A stretch of DNA of 24,496 nt from the IMG/VR virus record IMGVR_UViG_3300037045_000212, positions 1-24,496 of that record; one strand, 5' to 3'. Shown in pieces: positions 24,224 through 24,496 of this stretch; positions within the stretch are counted from its first letter, which is position 1; every line of letters begins with the position of its first letter. The notes beneath the pieces were generated by a model that was given only the letters and a program-made list of their open reading frames with translations, made no database searches and was not told the origin of the DNA. Position numbers and translations under genes: made by a program. The DNA comes from a virus. Its lineage: Duplodnaviria > Caudoviricetes.

Positions 24224-24251
24224 ATTGTCTCAAAGGTGACGTCTATACACA
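24224..24251. repeat. Right attachment junction: right inverted-repeat arm ATTGTCTCAAAGGTGACGTCT (24224..24244) + 5 nt + CA core
   Basis: Exact reverse complement of 131..151. CA at 24250-24251. Confidence 0.88.
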
Positions 24252-24255
24252 ATAA

Positions 24256-24300
24256 AAAAACCCGGTTTGTCTGATGGCACACCGGGTTTTTGTCTTTTTT
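24256..24300 (+). terminator. Intrinsic terminator, probably the original selC terminator displaced by the insertion
   Basis: AAAAACCCGGT...ACCGGGTTTTT (24256-24291) with inner TGTC/GGCA pairs, followed by GTCTTTTTT. Starts 4 nt after the right CA core. Confidence 0.85.
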
Positions 24301-24496
24301 GAGTTGTCATTCCATACGAAAGCCTTGCTGTGATCTGATGTTCCTGACAGATTCCATCCTTGAATATACGTAAGCGTAAATCCTAGCACACATATATTGA
24401 TGAAATAGGTTTTGATATGATCAACCTCGAAAGGGGTTGGTTACTATCAGCAGCAATGAGAATCAACAGATTTGGGAAGAACGCGTCTCTGAACAG

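Larger units (their letters stand above)
124..24251. mobile_element. Integrative mobilizable element / defence island integrated at the selC 3' end (predicted excised circle 24,126 bp)
   Basis: Perfect 21-bp terminal inverted repeats, CA(A) shared at both junctions, two serine integrases, relaxase + coupling protein, defence cargo, and a terminator directly beyond the right end. Confidence 0.9.

Noticed and set aside
131-24244. Interpreting the 21-bp inverted repeats as DDE transposon/IS ends
   Set aside because: No DDE transposase and no target-site duplication adjacent to the repeats. The symmetric 5 nt + CA geometry fits serine-integrase att arms.
24450-24496. T-box leader start (AGCAATGA)
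   Set aside because: No AGUA, specifier or antiterminator motifs visible; the window ends here.

Overview
Almost the whole window (124..24251, about 24.1 kb) is one complete integrative element. It is inserted at the 3' CCA end of a selenocysteine tRNA gene (selC, 29..125) in what looks like an anaerobic Firmicute. The ends carry a perfect 21-bp inverted repeat (131..151 / 24224..24244), each 5 nt from a shared CA dinucleotide. Excision in silico gives a symmetric 54-bp serine-integrase-type attP and rejoins selC to its displaced terminator. The left ~10 kb (minus strand, visibly more GC-rich) is a mobility module: two tandem large serine recombinases, DUF4314-like, 'virulence-related', SHOCT-like and HTH/Zn proteins, a Replic_Relax (MOBC-like) relaxase, a VirD4-like coupling ATPase, an MT-A70 methyltransferase and small membrane proteins. 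No VirB4 or mating-pore genes are present, so it is an IME-type element. The right ~14 kb (AT-rich) is cargo: a putative regulator, Gabija-like OLD nuclease + UvrD helicase, a Zn-ribbon/HEPN-like protein, a 900-aa RecD-like (possibly Nhi-like) helicase, a two-gene glycan module and a membrane-anchored protein. The glycan module (GT32 + a GT25/sulfotransferase-like/GH16 triple fusion, both without signal peptides, next to defence genes) is the best candidate for an undescribed system. All family calls come from motif recognition by eye; no database searches were run.
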